Assembly (NCBI RefSeq): GCF_002571385.2
Contig: NW_019218106.1
Coordinates: forward strand, 10,972 to 74,971
Direction of reading: 5' to 3'
DNA from: Stylophora pistillata
Taxonomy: Eukaryota
Length of the DNA stretch: 64,000 bases
The translations under genes and the position numbers were made by a program. The notes beneath the pieces were generated by a model. The model made no database searches. It had not been told where the DNA came from and saw only the letters and a list, made by a program, of their open reading frames with translations. How positions within the stretch are numbered: position 1 is the stretch's first letter; every line of letters begins with the position of its first letter. This document shows positions 10,777 to 24,700 of this stretch, piece after piece.

Positions 10777-11729
10777 ATCTCTTCAAAACGGGATGTGGTA
10801 TACATTCAATTTCAGATGATTAGCACAGTGGAATGTTTGATTTCTATAGAAATCACACACTGTTTCCACATTGTTTCTCTCTCTATTCTGAAATGTTTAT
10901 TAACAATTTGGGGGACCGAAAAACTTCCATTGACTTCTTATCACGTAATGTCGGTTGTCGCTTCGATACTGGATCGCTATCAACTGTAATTTGTGAAAAT
11001 CAGGTGTGGCCATCAGTTCGTGAGTGTGTATAGGTAGCATTCAGGCCTGAGTAACATTTATGTGTTGTCTTGATGAAATTAAAGGTTTTACTTATTGTAT
11101 TGTCCAGAATTTGTAACGGGGGGGGGTCGGGAGGGGGGATGGGTGTCAGACGAATCATATCCCTGGGCATGGATGAACTTTCTAAGATGATGCCACCATA
11201 AAGCATAAAATAGTCTGTTTTCTGTTGCATCCGACGACGTCAGAGATTTCTTTGAGACAAGGGTTGTTCGTTCAGACTCCCTCCTCCCTACCCCCTACCC
11301 ACCCCACCCCACCCATCACTCTCAGGGTTTCTCTGTGTTATCATTCAACCCCATTGTCAATATTAACTTAGGAAGCGACAGCCACCCTGGTAGTGTTCAC
11401 GATAGCATTTTTCTCCAATTTTGCTTATAGCTCGTTGGGTGAACGGTAAAAAAGAAATTCATGGTTCGCAGTTTAACTGAAAAGGAAGATTATATGTCAC
11501 CTGATGGCGTAGATTCCTTTGGTGACAGGCGGGTATAGGGGGAGGGGTGTTCAAGAGACTTTAGACCCTCAGTCGGGATAAACTTTTGATGATAATTTCA
11601 TGCGCTCTCGGTACTCGAAGGAAAGCGACAACAAAGAATCTCTAATACACTTGGTAGACAATAAAGATTAAAGTCCCCTGCCATTTCCAGTGTTTCCTTC
11701 TGTTATCACTCATACCTATAATGACCTTA

Positions 11730-11952
11730 GGGGCCGACCATTTACTTTTTGAGGGGGGGGGGTGGGTGATTTCTGGTCATCAAGAATTTTTCTTTTCTAG
11801 CAATCTGCTGGGCAGGATATTTTTTTCGTTCTAAATGCTCTTTTTTTCTGTTACATTTGGGCTGCATGCAATTTTTTTCTTCCAACAAGCGCTCGCAGGA
11901 ATTTTTTTTTCAAAATCACCCACCCCACCTCAAAAGTTAAATGGTCGGCCTC
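11730..11952. mobile_element. Harbinger/Tourist-like MITE
   Basis: TTA duplicated on both sides (11727-29 and 11953-55). The TIR GGGGCCGACCATTTA.CTTTTGAGG...GGTGGGTGATT is mirrored at the right end. Confidence 0.85.
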
Positions 11953-13044
11953 TTAACTACGTCAGTATCAGCTTAGAGTGAGACTTACATCTGGGTGGTC
12001 TTTGACGAAATCTATTTTCCTACTTTGCTCGAAGCTGATGGGGTGAACGGAAAAAATAAATTGATATGGTTCGTTATAGGTTAAATTCCAGTTAACGGTG
12101 TTAAATTTCGAGTCTCGTCTGCGTTTTAGTAAGTTTAAATAGCTGGTTAGACCGCCGGAAATTTGCTTGTTATTTTTCCTTCAAACTGTGGCAAGATTGT
12201 AAGTAGAGAGAAGATTGGCACGAGACAAGAGTGTGTTAAAGTGCGGTCTCGACCCAGCCCCTTTCGATACAGAAATCAATTACGCGTTTGCTTTTTCTCC
12301 ACGTTTGTTGCGTAGGATCGTAAGAGAAAGAGGAGACTAAAAGAAGTATAGTAGTTAGTATTCCTGGGCTAAGTTTGTAGATTTTTGTGGGAATTACGAG
12401 CGGCAGAACTGGGAAATGAGCAGGGCAGGCGTGAGAGGAATGGTACAGAGAATATTGAAAGGGTCATTTTAAGAAAAATGAATATTACTTAAAGCAGATT
12501 ACAATATCGATTTTACCACGATGGTCTAATCTGTTCCTGGACTGCGAGCTGTTAATAAAAATAGTTGTATCTTTGTCACGAGAAAACCAGCAATTCTGCA
12601 TGAATTACAATGAGGAAAACGTGTTATACGCCAATTATTGTATAACCCACGCTTAGGTCTACAGATAGATAATTGGGGTTGTCGTACGTATGAAGTTAAT
12701 GGTTATATTATCGGTTGTTTAAAATGACGTATTTCCTGAGGGGTATTCCCCGGATTGCAATTTTGCGATTTGACGCGAATTTTTTTTTTTTCTCTCGAGA
12801 TTACGGGAGCGGCAGTTGTTTCTGAAAATTTATTTCTTCTCATGTAGCACTGAAAAACGACCCAGCTTTATCTTGCTTTGAAATCATCACCGTAACCCAC
12901 TGAAATTATGTTCGGTCAAAAATAAACCGCGGATTCCCTGATTTGTTAGTTTTTATGAGACTGCTACGTCTTGTGAATGAGTTTCACTGCTCTCTGTCAA
13001 GGAGTCTTTTTGTCTAAATGAAATAAGTCAATTTTCCGATCGAT

Positions 13045-13262
13045 TGTTTAGTCGGCTGGTCTGTCAGTCAGTGGGCCGTTCTGCCGGGTCATTCAATCAC
13101 AAGACAACAAGTAGGTCATTCATTCATTTATTTATTCATTCATTCACTCAGTCAGTCAATTACTCTATTAAATGGTAGGCCAGTTAAGCAGTCACTTTTT
13201 CAGTCGGTCGGTCAGTCCGTCAATCGTGTCATCCAATCGGTCATTTGTTAGTTGGTAAGTCG
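13045..13262. repeat. Degenerate tetranucleotide array (TCAG/TCAT/TCGG)n
   Basis: Runs such as gtcagtcagt, tcattcattcatt and cagtcggtcggtcagtc. Confidence 0.7.
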
Positions 13263-14859
13263 ATATTTCAAGTAATCGCTCATCAAACCATGGCGGGTTA
13301 CTAGAGAAACCGTACGACCACTTTTCATAACGCTTGAAAATTATTTTGCATCAGGCTCAGATGCTGCCCTCCAGTACGTAAATAATCGTTGTATTTTGTG
13401 GGGCGTAGTCCGCTAAGGGAGTTTTGAAAAGGGAGTTTTGAAATCCTTGAGTTTGTTCCTCCTTTGGCAATAAATTATTCCAGTCCAACTAAGCAATATT
13501 CGCTACCCCTTCCCTTCCTCAAGGCTTTTCAACGGATCATCAGCTGTAATATTTGTTTATTAGTATTTCGAGGCAGCTTTATATAAATATGGGAACAATC
13601 TATAGGTTTGACGTAATATTTTCTTGCTGCCCTGTGCACCATATTAAGAGTCAATGCATTAAAACGGAGGCTTTCTTCACCTTAATTTCCCACTTTCTCC
13701 ATTCTGCAAATCCAAACTTAACGTAAGTCCCTAGACCTTAAAAAAATCTTCAAACGAAAAATAAAGGAAATAATCATGGCACAATTATTAATAAGTGCTT
13801 TAATATTTTAACAGCACTTTTTACCATTGTGACTTAGGTAATTAGTTCTTTAGACACGCATTTTAATGGTTGCGTCAAGAACAATAATGAAGGATGTACA
13901 ATTCTAAAAAAAGATCATACAGGTTTACATAAATCGTTTTTAAAGTTTGATAACATGAAACGTTTCCTGACGGAAAGTGAAAATATTGCATTATCGCCAT
14001 GCTTCTGTGGAAATTGACTTAAATGTCAACTGATATTTTCTTCCTTGTTTATATCAATGTCCGATCATTTAGCTATTGCTTCCTTCCGCTGCTATGTGAG
14101 ACGGTCTTAATGCGCGTTACTCACTTTAACGGAAAGAGTCAAAGCACGTTTTTGGTCACGGTTCACGGAAGTCACGAAATATATCATGGCGGTCTCGTAA
14201 TAGATCCCATTTAAAGATAACAACACGCGCAGGGAGCAGATCCTTGTCACCGGAAGGTTTTTGTTGAATTAAGCAAACGTTTTTAGCTCATATCAAGAAG
14301 CTGATTACCATCATTATTTCCCCTTCAATTTAAGAATCGATTTTTATTCTTATTGATGATTTTTTGACATTTGGAAATTTTTGTTTTCAATATTGTAACC
14401 CGAACGCGATTTTACTGAGTTGTTTTCGAAGTTCTTCTTAACATTAATCTCTTGAAGGTCTATTGTATTTATTGGCTCTTAACCACAGTATTACTCAAAA
14501 TTTTGCTCTGCAGTCTAATTGCGCAATAAAGAATTGTTATCCGACTAAAAAACGACCCAACTGTGTTATACATGGATACAAAATTAAGATAAATGATAAG
14601 AGTCATAATCCATTGGATTTCTAGGTAAACCTTGCAACGCATAAAAAGCCGTTTGATGTTTGTAAATACCCGTGGATTAAATTTTCGCTCTTTCAGTTCG
14701 TCATTTTTCATATTTTCGTTTAACACAAAGGTTGTTCATTAGCAGTTTAAATTATTAATAACTTCCCTTATTTAAAACACCCTCTTGTTTCAAGATCGTT
14801 CGGTTTCGTGACAAACAGGCGCTATTTGGAACGCCTGGCAAACTTCGTGGCGCGATAAA

Positions 14860-15030
14860 AATTCAATCAGCTGACGAAAATTCTTCCACTTTGCCGCCGC
14901 GTCACTTACCACTAGCCAATCAGCGTTCGCCAATGGAGGAGAAGCGGGGTGATTTGATTGGCGTGGCTAGTTTATGGGGGGTCGTGTTGTTCGCGCAAGG
15001 CTATTACATATCAAGCATGCATGGCGGCAT
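14860..15030 (+). promoter_or_regulatory. Probable CpG-rich, TATA-less promoter of KMT2C/D
   Basis: CCAAT boxes (agccaatcag at about 14913, gccaatg at about 14929, tgattggc at about 14955) and a YY1/TISU-like CATGGCGGC at 15020. CpG is common here and depleted in the gene body. The region lies about 350 bp upstream of the ATG. Confidence 0.6.
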
Positions 15031-15367
15031 GCTACGAGGCTCAGAGGCCACTGAAATTCCCCATCTTGGAGACTTTTCGACGCTTGCATGAAGAAACTAA
15101 ATTGTTTTGCCTTTGAGAGGAATCTATATACTTTAAGGGAAAATCGTTCGCGGCGTCGTGATCGTTGTTAGGAATTGCAAAAGTGCTATGAATTCAATTG
15201 TCCGTTTGCGTTTCTAGCTTCTTGACTGCGTTCGACCTGACGCGCTACCGAGTTGCAAAGGCGGAGCATATCTGTTCTGGAGAGTGTGGTGGATTGCTTT
15301 GGATTGAAATAACGAGAGAGAACTCTTGAAATCACAACACCGTGTGCAGGACCAGAATCAAAAAGCC

Positions 15368-18300
15368 ATGTCAGGTGAGTTGAAAATTGTTTTGTTTGAG
15401 ACTTGCATGCGATGACGTGCTGTACTGTAAATCCGCGTAAACTTCAGCAGTTGTTCGCTAGCTTACGTTCATGTGTCAATACTGGTTTCTTCGGGTTTCC
15501 ATATAGCTTTCATTGTGGATCAATCCATTGGGTATTACCCGAGCCACGACGCTGCCTAAAATTTTCCTTGCATGGTTTATGTATGTATCGATCAGTCTCG
15601 AGGACGCCATTTTGTGATGAAGTCCAAAGATTGTGGCGCGTTCCAATTGAAAAGTTTAAAATCATTTTTAAAATCTTGGAAATTTTGAAAACACGAGGCA
15701 CAAAAAGCAATTTGGGCTAATTCTGTCGAGCGAGGAGAGATAAAACTTACTGGGATTACCTTAAAATTCGTCAACCTACTGTCGCTTCGCTATCCTTCCT
15801 TTCAACACAACCGCGGCCATTCATGGGTTATGTTGCCAATAATAGTGGATTTTTTATTCGATGGGCGTAACACACGGTTTGGAAATAAAGCGCTTGCAAT
15901 GTGTACGGAAGAAAAAACATCAGCGCAAAGTACTTTAAGTAAAGAGCTTTGGTAGATTGAATACACGAGAACTAGTGAATCTCGAAAATGCGAACAAAGG
16001 CACGAACCACTGTTCTTGCGACATGAATAATTACTGCCAATGACATAAGATGGCGGAGGTACGAACGGTGAAAAATCGGAAAGATAAATGGTTTCAAATC
16101 CACCACTTCTACTTTGCTTAAAGATCTGGGTCCGTTTTAGCCACTGACTACCTCGCGTCTTTTCAGCGCACAAAGAAACGCTTCTGTTAAATTGTTCTTC
16201 ATCCTTTTACCGGGCGAAACATCTGCGTTCTTTGCGATTTTGTATTATTTATGAATGTTCATTTGTTGTTCTTCTGGAGTTCTCCCGTAGAATAGTACAT
16301 GGTTGAAATCGACAAAGTTGCGATTTGATGCCAATTTCACTTGTTGTGATAATGCGAGGTTCGCGTTTCGCTCGGTCAGGCCAACGACTGTTTCTACTGC
16401 AAGTTTAAATCGCCATGGCTTCACTTGAATTAAGTTTGTTCGTAGTAACTACCGATCACTGATGCAAGCTATCAGCTGAGCGACCAAAGTCATGGACGCT
16501 CTGCGCTAAGAAAATTTATTTCCTTCCAGAACGCTCAATCTATTTGCCTGATACGTCTGTGATCAGACTACGCCTCGTACAGCACAGTATCGTTAGCGGT
16601 GTAACGATCAAAACGCTTGTTGCAAGCAACATTCCCTATGTGTGTATTCCTTGGTTTTTTTGCCTCACTTCTAATCGGATTCGATTTTCTTCCCCCTCAT
16701 TGTAGGAAGAACAAAACGAGGTCCAGGTAGACCAAGAATCACAGAGACTGTGGTGAGTAGCTAAACTCTTTTAGTCTTTAAAAGAAGTTTAGAGGGTTAA
16801 ATCTGTGCTTTCTTATTCCAACACTCGCAAGATCTTATCAAAACTTGTTTTTCTCCTAAATGGGTCTATTGTTTGGATTCAAACTTGGAGCTTGGCTTCC
16901 TGTTTAATAACAACAACAATTCTCTGTTGGTTTTTAAAAGGAAGAAAATTAGTGGACATACTTTCGTGAACTAGGATAAAAGGGTGTAGTAAATTGAGTT
17001 TCACTATTTACTGTGACCTTCAGCGTATACATTATTAGAGCCTTGCTTTCTAACTGAAAAACAACTGCTAAGTGGTGGCATCTGTCATGTTAGGATTTTC
17101 ATTTGACTGGTGTTCTACCCTCAGTTCTTTTTGCAGAATTTATCTCTGTCATATAACAATATTCAAGGTTCTGATAAAGTAATTTTTTCAAGCTCTCACT
17201 TTATGAGGTAGAATATTACATCAAACTGTAACCAAAAAAATTGTAACTTGTACCCTCCTAACCTAAAATATTAGACTACCATTCCATGAATTAGTCTGTG
17301 GAGATCACTAGAACTATGGTAATATTTTCTTTACCATTATCTAGCGTTCACTTTCAATGCCTGCAATTTTGACAACATCTCTTCAACTCTTTAAATTAAA
17401 GAAGAATAGTTTTATTTTTAGCCATATTTACAAGATGTAGATAATTTTCCTTCTTTCTTAACGACGAAGTTGTAATATTTTACACGTCCTTTTTATCATC
17501 TGTACTTGTAAATATTCCGTAATTCAGCCCATGGCGGCAAGGTGTTTATAATAAAGTATCTATCTATCTATCTAAAGTTGTCAGAATCTTTTACTCAAGA
17601 TTGGAAAGTGTTTATTATTATTTCTACTTTTTTATTGGTCAGCTTGCAAGTAGATCTATCTTGGCGACTTTGTATTTAGTCTGTTTGTAGTTTAAGGTGA
17701 AGGGAAATAGGAAATATTTAGCAGGAAGTATTTAAAACCGTTTACTTGTGTCCACCTGAAACTTTTGATGACTTACTAGTCATTTCTCTTCCTACATACA
17801 TGTAGGAAGGTTTTGTAAGTCTTGTTTGTAGAAAATGTCATTTTGTAGCAGAGGCAAGTAAATTCCATTAGACTTTCACTTTCTGTGAAGTGTTTCTTTT
17901 GATTGCAGTGCAGTGAATGTGATCATAACATTTCCAATTTGTGATGGTTGATGTTTTACTTTTGTACTCAAATTACTCTTAAAAGGTTCAGATGCATTTT
18001 CAGAATAGATTGGGGTGCAAGGTGTGTTATGTGTGTTTTGACTGTCATCCGTTAGTGTTAAAGGGTATTTGCTTCATGATTAGCATCATTTAGATTCTCA
18101 TCAACAAAATGGCCAACTTTGTTAGTATTTTGTGTTTTCTTGGTATTTAAATTACAATGCAAACAGAATATGTTATTGGAGTAGTTAATACATGGACGTG
18201 ACGCTTGAAGCTTGCCTATTAATGATGCTGTTTAACGTTTGTGGGTCATTTGAGATGTAGTGAGGTGGCACATAAATTGTTTACAGAAAGTCTTTGCCAG

Positions 18301-21300
18301 ACCCAAAAGTATTTCTGTAGGCCACATATCTCAGGAATTCTTGATTTACTGTCTTATTTTCAAGCAAATAATAACATATGGACATATTAAATTCAACCAA
18401 AAGTCTAGTCTCCTGTTGTTTAGTGTCCCAGATCACAAGTGTATATTGAACAGGTTTAATGTTGTTGTAACCATGACTGCAAATATTTTTGGTAGAATTA
18501 GTCAGGTATTTGTTGTTTCTTTAACCTAAATAGCTAAAAAGATAGTTTACTAGTGTGATGTTGGAATTATTTTTCATAGTTTAAATTTTGATAGACTTGA
18601 ACTAAGTGTAATGGTCTCACTGCATTCCTTGGAAGGTTCTTCACTGCATTTCCAACAGTGCTTTTAATTTCTACTTGTGCAGTATGTGGTTGTGTAGTAA
18701 GAATTTTGCTTTTGACTACAGTGTTTCCAGAATTGGGAAACAAAGGAGATAATATGGGAGTACACAACAGAACAAAAGCTGTGTGTTATTATGTGAACCA
18801 TAACTTTTGTGTACAATATAGAAGTTTTGGTATGTGAAAAATTCAATATTTCTCTTTACTGTCTTCTATTTATTTTTACCATTGCAAGATATGTTGTTAA
18901 ATTAATGAATGAATTAGATTTTATAATCAGCTCATGCCTTAGTCATGAACAATGTTACTAAAAATTTGGTGTCACATAATGCACTAACAAAAGTGTATAT
19001 TTGAGCAATTTTAATTCATTTCTTGTCCTCTGCTTATCAGTTCTAATTTCACCACACAAGAGAAAACAAAAGAAAAAAATTGAAACTTAAATAGAAGGAA
19101 TATGCTTTTGTTAGAGTTTACTGACAAATTTAGTCAGTAAAGATCATGTCATTCAAGGCAACTTTTTGCATTGGGTTGGTGAAGTTATCATTTCGGCTTC
19201 CTGTCGTGTTGTAAGATTTGTTAGTCTCTTGAAATTCTCCCTTATAGAAGCTATTTGTTGTTTTTGTAAAATAGTCAGGATGGTATATCTGTTATAGTGA
19301 GATGATATGTTCCAACTGATAACTTTGCCTTTTTCTTACAAAGATGTATGAGCTGTTCAGTGAATATGGCAATGTGGAAAAATTCAGACAGTGCTATGTA
19401 TCAATACTTTGACATTGATGGCCAAACCTTGAGTTGTCAACCTAAATAGCTGGCGGAACCCTGCTATGAAGTGAAGAGCAAAGCTTGACGAGTGTCAGCT
19501 CGTACTTGTATATATATTATATATATATATATAACACTAAGGTTGCATATGATATTTATTGTATTGTGTTCTTTGCTGTCCTGCAGCATTCCTTGAGTCC
19601 ATATCCAAGTTCACCATTGACACCAGACTCAGAAGAAGGTTACATCTTGAGTATGAGAGAAGAAAGTAGATCAACAAGGGTGCGGAACAGACCAAAACCA
19701 CAGCCTGCAAAGAAGACGAGGGTCAATGCACAGAGGTTTGTGATTCTTTTTGAAGTTGGATTTCTAGTTGTTAATTTGTAAATTGATTGGTTTTTATTAG
19801 TCTCAGTACATTTACCCATTAAACATTATTTGTGAAATTTAGAACTGCCTATTTTGGTTACACAGTTCTCGTTTTGATAAACTGCACGGCAGTTTCCTGA
19901 AAAAAAATATTTGGATCCAATATTACTGTGTCAAGCTCATAGCTAGAATTAAAATATTGTTTGGTTTGATATGGCATAGAGTATGCAATATGGCCAAAAA
20001 TCTTTGTCTGATTTTTTGGGGGTTATTGGTCACATCATCTTTCAACCAAACAACACACGATGAAATAGAAGAAAAAAAAACAAACAGCAAGAATACAGAG
20101 ATAAAAAGCTAGAGGAATGTTTTTCTGGGGTACACTGTTTTACTCCTACAGAATTCTTTCAGCTACCTGTTTGTGATTTCAATTTTACACCTTGTTTGGA
20201 ACACGCAAAAAATTGTTGTTAATACTATTTTGCTGGTATTTAGGTTAAAAGGTTTGGAAGTAACCTTTTAATGTGTGTGAAATGACCTTTGGGGAAATGA
20301 TAAAGGGTCCTGTATTTAGTCTCTATAGCTATTGATTAAAGTTTTTTTTGTGGAATTTATATTTGATGATGTGGCATTTATTAGAGGGAAAATTAAATTG
20401 GATTTAGACATTATTTTCATTTCCAAATATAGAATCATTTATTTAATTGGATTAACTGTGATATTTTTGTTAAAGATTATGGCTGTTAATTAATTTTGCA
20501 GCTTCTTTAGTAAATGATTTAACTGGTTGAACACCATGGTTTGACAACTTAAGGGAAGAGTTAAGAAAAAAGGGGATTCCCATTGAATTTTAAGGGATCA
20601 AATGTTGTGGGTGAAATTAACTGACTTGACGCAGATGTCTGCTAATGTCATGCTTGAATGACTGTTTAATTGGTTTAAAGAGATTTTTAGTTAATTGGTG
20701 AAATTGAACCATGATTAATTGTTATGTAGGTGGTTGATTACCTAGAGTTTGATAATATTGGTTTATGTTGCTCATTGGACTCAGTCGGCCCTCAGCATTA
20801 TAGTTTTAATGTGATAAATTTATCACTTGATCTTTGTGTTTTGTTTTCACTTAATGAACTTTTCTTTTTCTGTGAACTGTTCTATTTTCAGCAAGTTGAA
20901 ATCTCCTATCAGAGCTTCACCAATTGGTTCCTGTACTGAAAGTAACCCAGGCTTGGACCATGAGAATATGATGGTGAGATATCTTGTAAAGTGCAATACA
21001 CTTATCAATGCTGAATATGTAAACACCAAGGATGTTAATTAAAACTTGTTTATTCCTGAAATCTGATATGTTCCCCAATTCTCCTTCTCAGTTGCAAGCC
21101 ATCTTATTGCACAGTGTAAATTGTTGAGGAAATTTGGTGTTATATTTTTCTGTAAAGATATAAATCTCTCCCTAAGATAATTGTTTATTTGGATCACCTG
21201 TCAGCGGAATAATGCATTAATATTGTAGGGGGGACTTTGTTGTTAACTGTGCAAGTTTAAGGGTTAGATGAACAGTATGTTCATACTCAGGCTACTATGA

Positions 21301-21744
21301 ACAATTTTTCAGCTACATTTTGTTACATATTGTTTGAGTGTGGAATATTCTCTCTTCTTGCTCTACTTTTTTTGGGGTTTTATTGAGGGCTGGGCATGGG
21401 CAAATTGACCGTTTGTGAAGACGGTTTTGCCCACCTGGTTTGACAATCTGGAGGAAAGGTTATCATTCTTATAAAGAAGTTCAGTTCAAAAAGTTTTGCC
21501 CGCCTGTGAAAAACCATTTGCCCTCCTGCTGAAAACATTAATGAAACCCCTGCTTTCTCCTTCAAATGCATTTCTTGATGAACATCCTGGATTAATTTAC
21601 ACGAGTTGTGTTGTTATTTTTCTGATCATTACAGGAGATGTCACCTTACTCTGTGCCTCTGGATGGGCAGTCATTGTATGATAATTTGACTCCGGATGAC
21701 TTTGGAGTTGTAAAACGACCAACAGTGGACCCAGATGAAGAACT
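15368..21744 (+). CDS. KMT2C: KMT2C/D exons 1-5: N-terminus with AT-hook ([13 protein letters not shown]...)
   Basis: gccATGtcag|gtgagt, followed by four small exons with canonical splice sites that join in frame to exon 6. Confidence 0.7.
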
Positions 21745-24700
21745 GTAAGCACTGACTTTCCTTTTTAACTGGTTTTGTTACCCTTTTAAGTAGCACTTAC
21801 ATTTAGCGAGTAATGAAAGAGGAAAAAAAAGCAAAACACAAAAATATCTTTTTATTACTAATTTGTTCATTTGCTGTTGTAAAACAAGGGGTGGAATAAT
21901 CAATATTTTACACTCCATCTCCTTTATATTTTTCTTGTATTTACAATTTACATTTCACTAGAATACCTGGCTTGCTTTGAAAGAAACTTTGAACAGAAAC
22001 GGGTTTCAGAAAGGGCCTGGGCACCAGGCAAATTGACCAGTTGTGAGGAGGATTTTGCCCACCAAGTTTGACAATCTGGAGGAAAGTTTATCTTATAAAG
22101 AAGTGCATCTCAAAACATTTCGCCTACCTGTGAAAACCAGTTGCTGAAAACATTAATGAAACTCCTGCAGAAAGTAGCTAGCAGTACATAGGAAGTGTTT
22201 ATGTACACTGTAAAAATAGCTGCATGTACAGTCAATAAAAGGTGCTCTATTATCCGACAGGATATTTTCCTACTCTAATTTGAAGTTCCTGTCAGGATTT
22301 TAGTCAGTGCATTATTATTTACACACCTGATTCTTTAACAGCAAAGCTGAGGTTTTTGAATTTCCTCATGGGTGTTCATATTCTTTTAATGAAAATGCTT
22401 GGGTGGAGTGAGCCTGATGATGTTTGTTTGTCCAGCTCGTTGCTTAAACATTTATGTTTTGAAAGACTTGGATGCCTTATACAAACTTGATTTGTGTGGA
22501 GGTGCAAGTTTTTCAGGGAAGCCTCTTTTCTCTTGTGGTGTAAACTTTTCCAAGGCAACAATTTGCACTGTAAGCAACTAAAGTTAAGCTTGCAGTACTT
22601 GGTCAGTGATGTTATGACCATGTGGGTGTCATAGGATAAAAACGATTTAAGTCTAAATCAATTTATATATTTTCTATATTTTTTTTATGTAGGGAAATCA
22701 TCACCATCATCTTAAAACCAGAAATCTAACTTTAAAAAGAGAAAGATTAAGATCAATATTATGAGTGACAAAACTCTTGGCACACTCCACCACTTTCAAA
22801 TTTTTCCTTTTGTTTGGTAGCTGGCATTTATATCCCCCTTCATTCCCATTTTAATGTTGCCAGCTGTCAACAAAATGATCGATAATTTCTAGCAGTGTTG
22901 TTTTGGGCTAAAAGGGGGACTTTCAAGTAAGTTATTAGAGATGAATTAGAAGATTCTTGAGTGGACAGCTGTCAACCACCTACTAGGGGAGGCATGTTAA
23001 GTGCTTTTGCCACTCATTTTAGTTTGAGATCATTTTGACTGAAATTTTATTTTAACTTAGGCTACACAGCTTTTAGACATAGTTGGAATGAATTTAGGGT
23101 CAAAATGGTTGGAAGGTTCTTTGATCGTTTTACTCCTAATATCTGACTCACAATTGTCCACTCCAGCTTCTATTTGTAACACTGACAGTCTTATCTCTCC
23201 AACTCTATTTTTCAACATTTTCATTTGTACAGGGCTAAAAACAAAACATGTTCATTCTGCAATTGTGGTGTGGAGAAACGCATGTTTCATGGCAAACTCC
23301 AGAGATATGCACCCACTCCAGGATTCAACCCTGTCAAAAAGCTCCAAAACAGACACAGACAGAACAGTGGCTGTGATCCTTTCAGAGACCGGTCATACTT
23401 AGATGCTTGTGACACAGGACAATTTGCCGAAGATCAACCAGAACCTCCACCTGTAGTAACTCGCCGTGGGCCTGGCAGACCACCTGGACGTGGACGACGG
23501 AAGGGAATTGTGGTTGTAGGGTTGCCATTAAGAACTGGTACCAATGACTTGACAATTGACAAGACTACATATGGGACTGTGAAGGAGAAAGAGTTGAGTG
23601 ATGTGTTTGAAGAAGATGGTTACACCTGGGCCCATCACTGCTGTGCTGCATGGTCTGAAGGGGTCAGCCAGACAGATTCCTATGATTTAATCAATGTTGA
23701 CAAGGCAGTTGTAAAAGCTATGTCTGAGGTATGTTGTTGAAAATTTTAAATTTCTTTGAGAACAAATCTTCTAAAATTATCTAGAGCTGGTCATAAAAAC
23801 AAATTTCAATGTAGGCAGCAGCTTTTGACAATCATTGGGCCAATCTTTTTTGTTTCTCTTCTTTGTTAAGAGGTTTTTGATTTGAATAAGTATTTAATTT
23901 GTATCTGGGATAAATGGGGTATTTCCGTGAAAACACATCTTCTGTTTAATTTTTTACCACTGAACTATGTTTTTAATTCAGTTCTGTGATCATTTTCCCT
24001 TTTCAGCGATGTGATCATTGCAATCGGTTTGGTGCAAGTGTCGTTTGTCAAATGCCACGCTGTGGCAAGACCTATCACTATCCTTGTGCAGCAAGTAGTG
24101 GTTCTTTTCAGGTTTGTCCAGATGAAGTACATGTCTGCTGACATTTTCCTCAGAAATTCAATCTTCTCTTTTACTCATTCAGGACTCGACACTAACATTT
24201 CAACTTACCAGCCTATTGGCTAGTGACATCTTAGATGTTACAACAGTTTCAGTTTGTTTACTAGCCAAACTGGCTAGTGGAAATCGAAAAACGTGAGCCA
24301 AAACTGAATTTCTACCAGTCTGTGGCTAGTTGGCTACCGTTAGTGTCGAGCCCTGCTCATTATCATTAAGTGATTAACTGTATTATGAGAATTAAAAGCT
24401 TCTGAATTGTTTTGGAAAGGCAACGAACTTAGGCACCTGTCTGGCATCACGCCTTCCAACAAATTTTCCTCTCAGAATTACACTTAGGATAAGATCAAAG
24501 CACAAATCAAGCTGTACTGTTGATTGTCATTCTTTCCCTCTTTATTTGGAACAAACAGACTTAGTCATAGAAGAATTCCCCTGTTGATTATGTTCAAGGC
24601 TTAACTGTTATCCTTTTCAAGAAGTTGGTCACTTTCATGTAAACAGAAAGCTGCCCTGACTCCCCTCTGTGTTCTCGCATTTCTAATTGGTAAACTTTCT

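Noticed and set aside
11117-11143. G-quadruplex-like G-runs (also about 2512-2529 and 11280-11315)
   Set aside because: This is simple low-complexity sequence with no supporting context.
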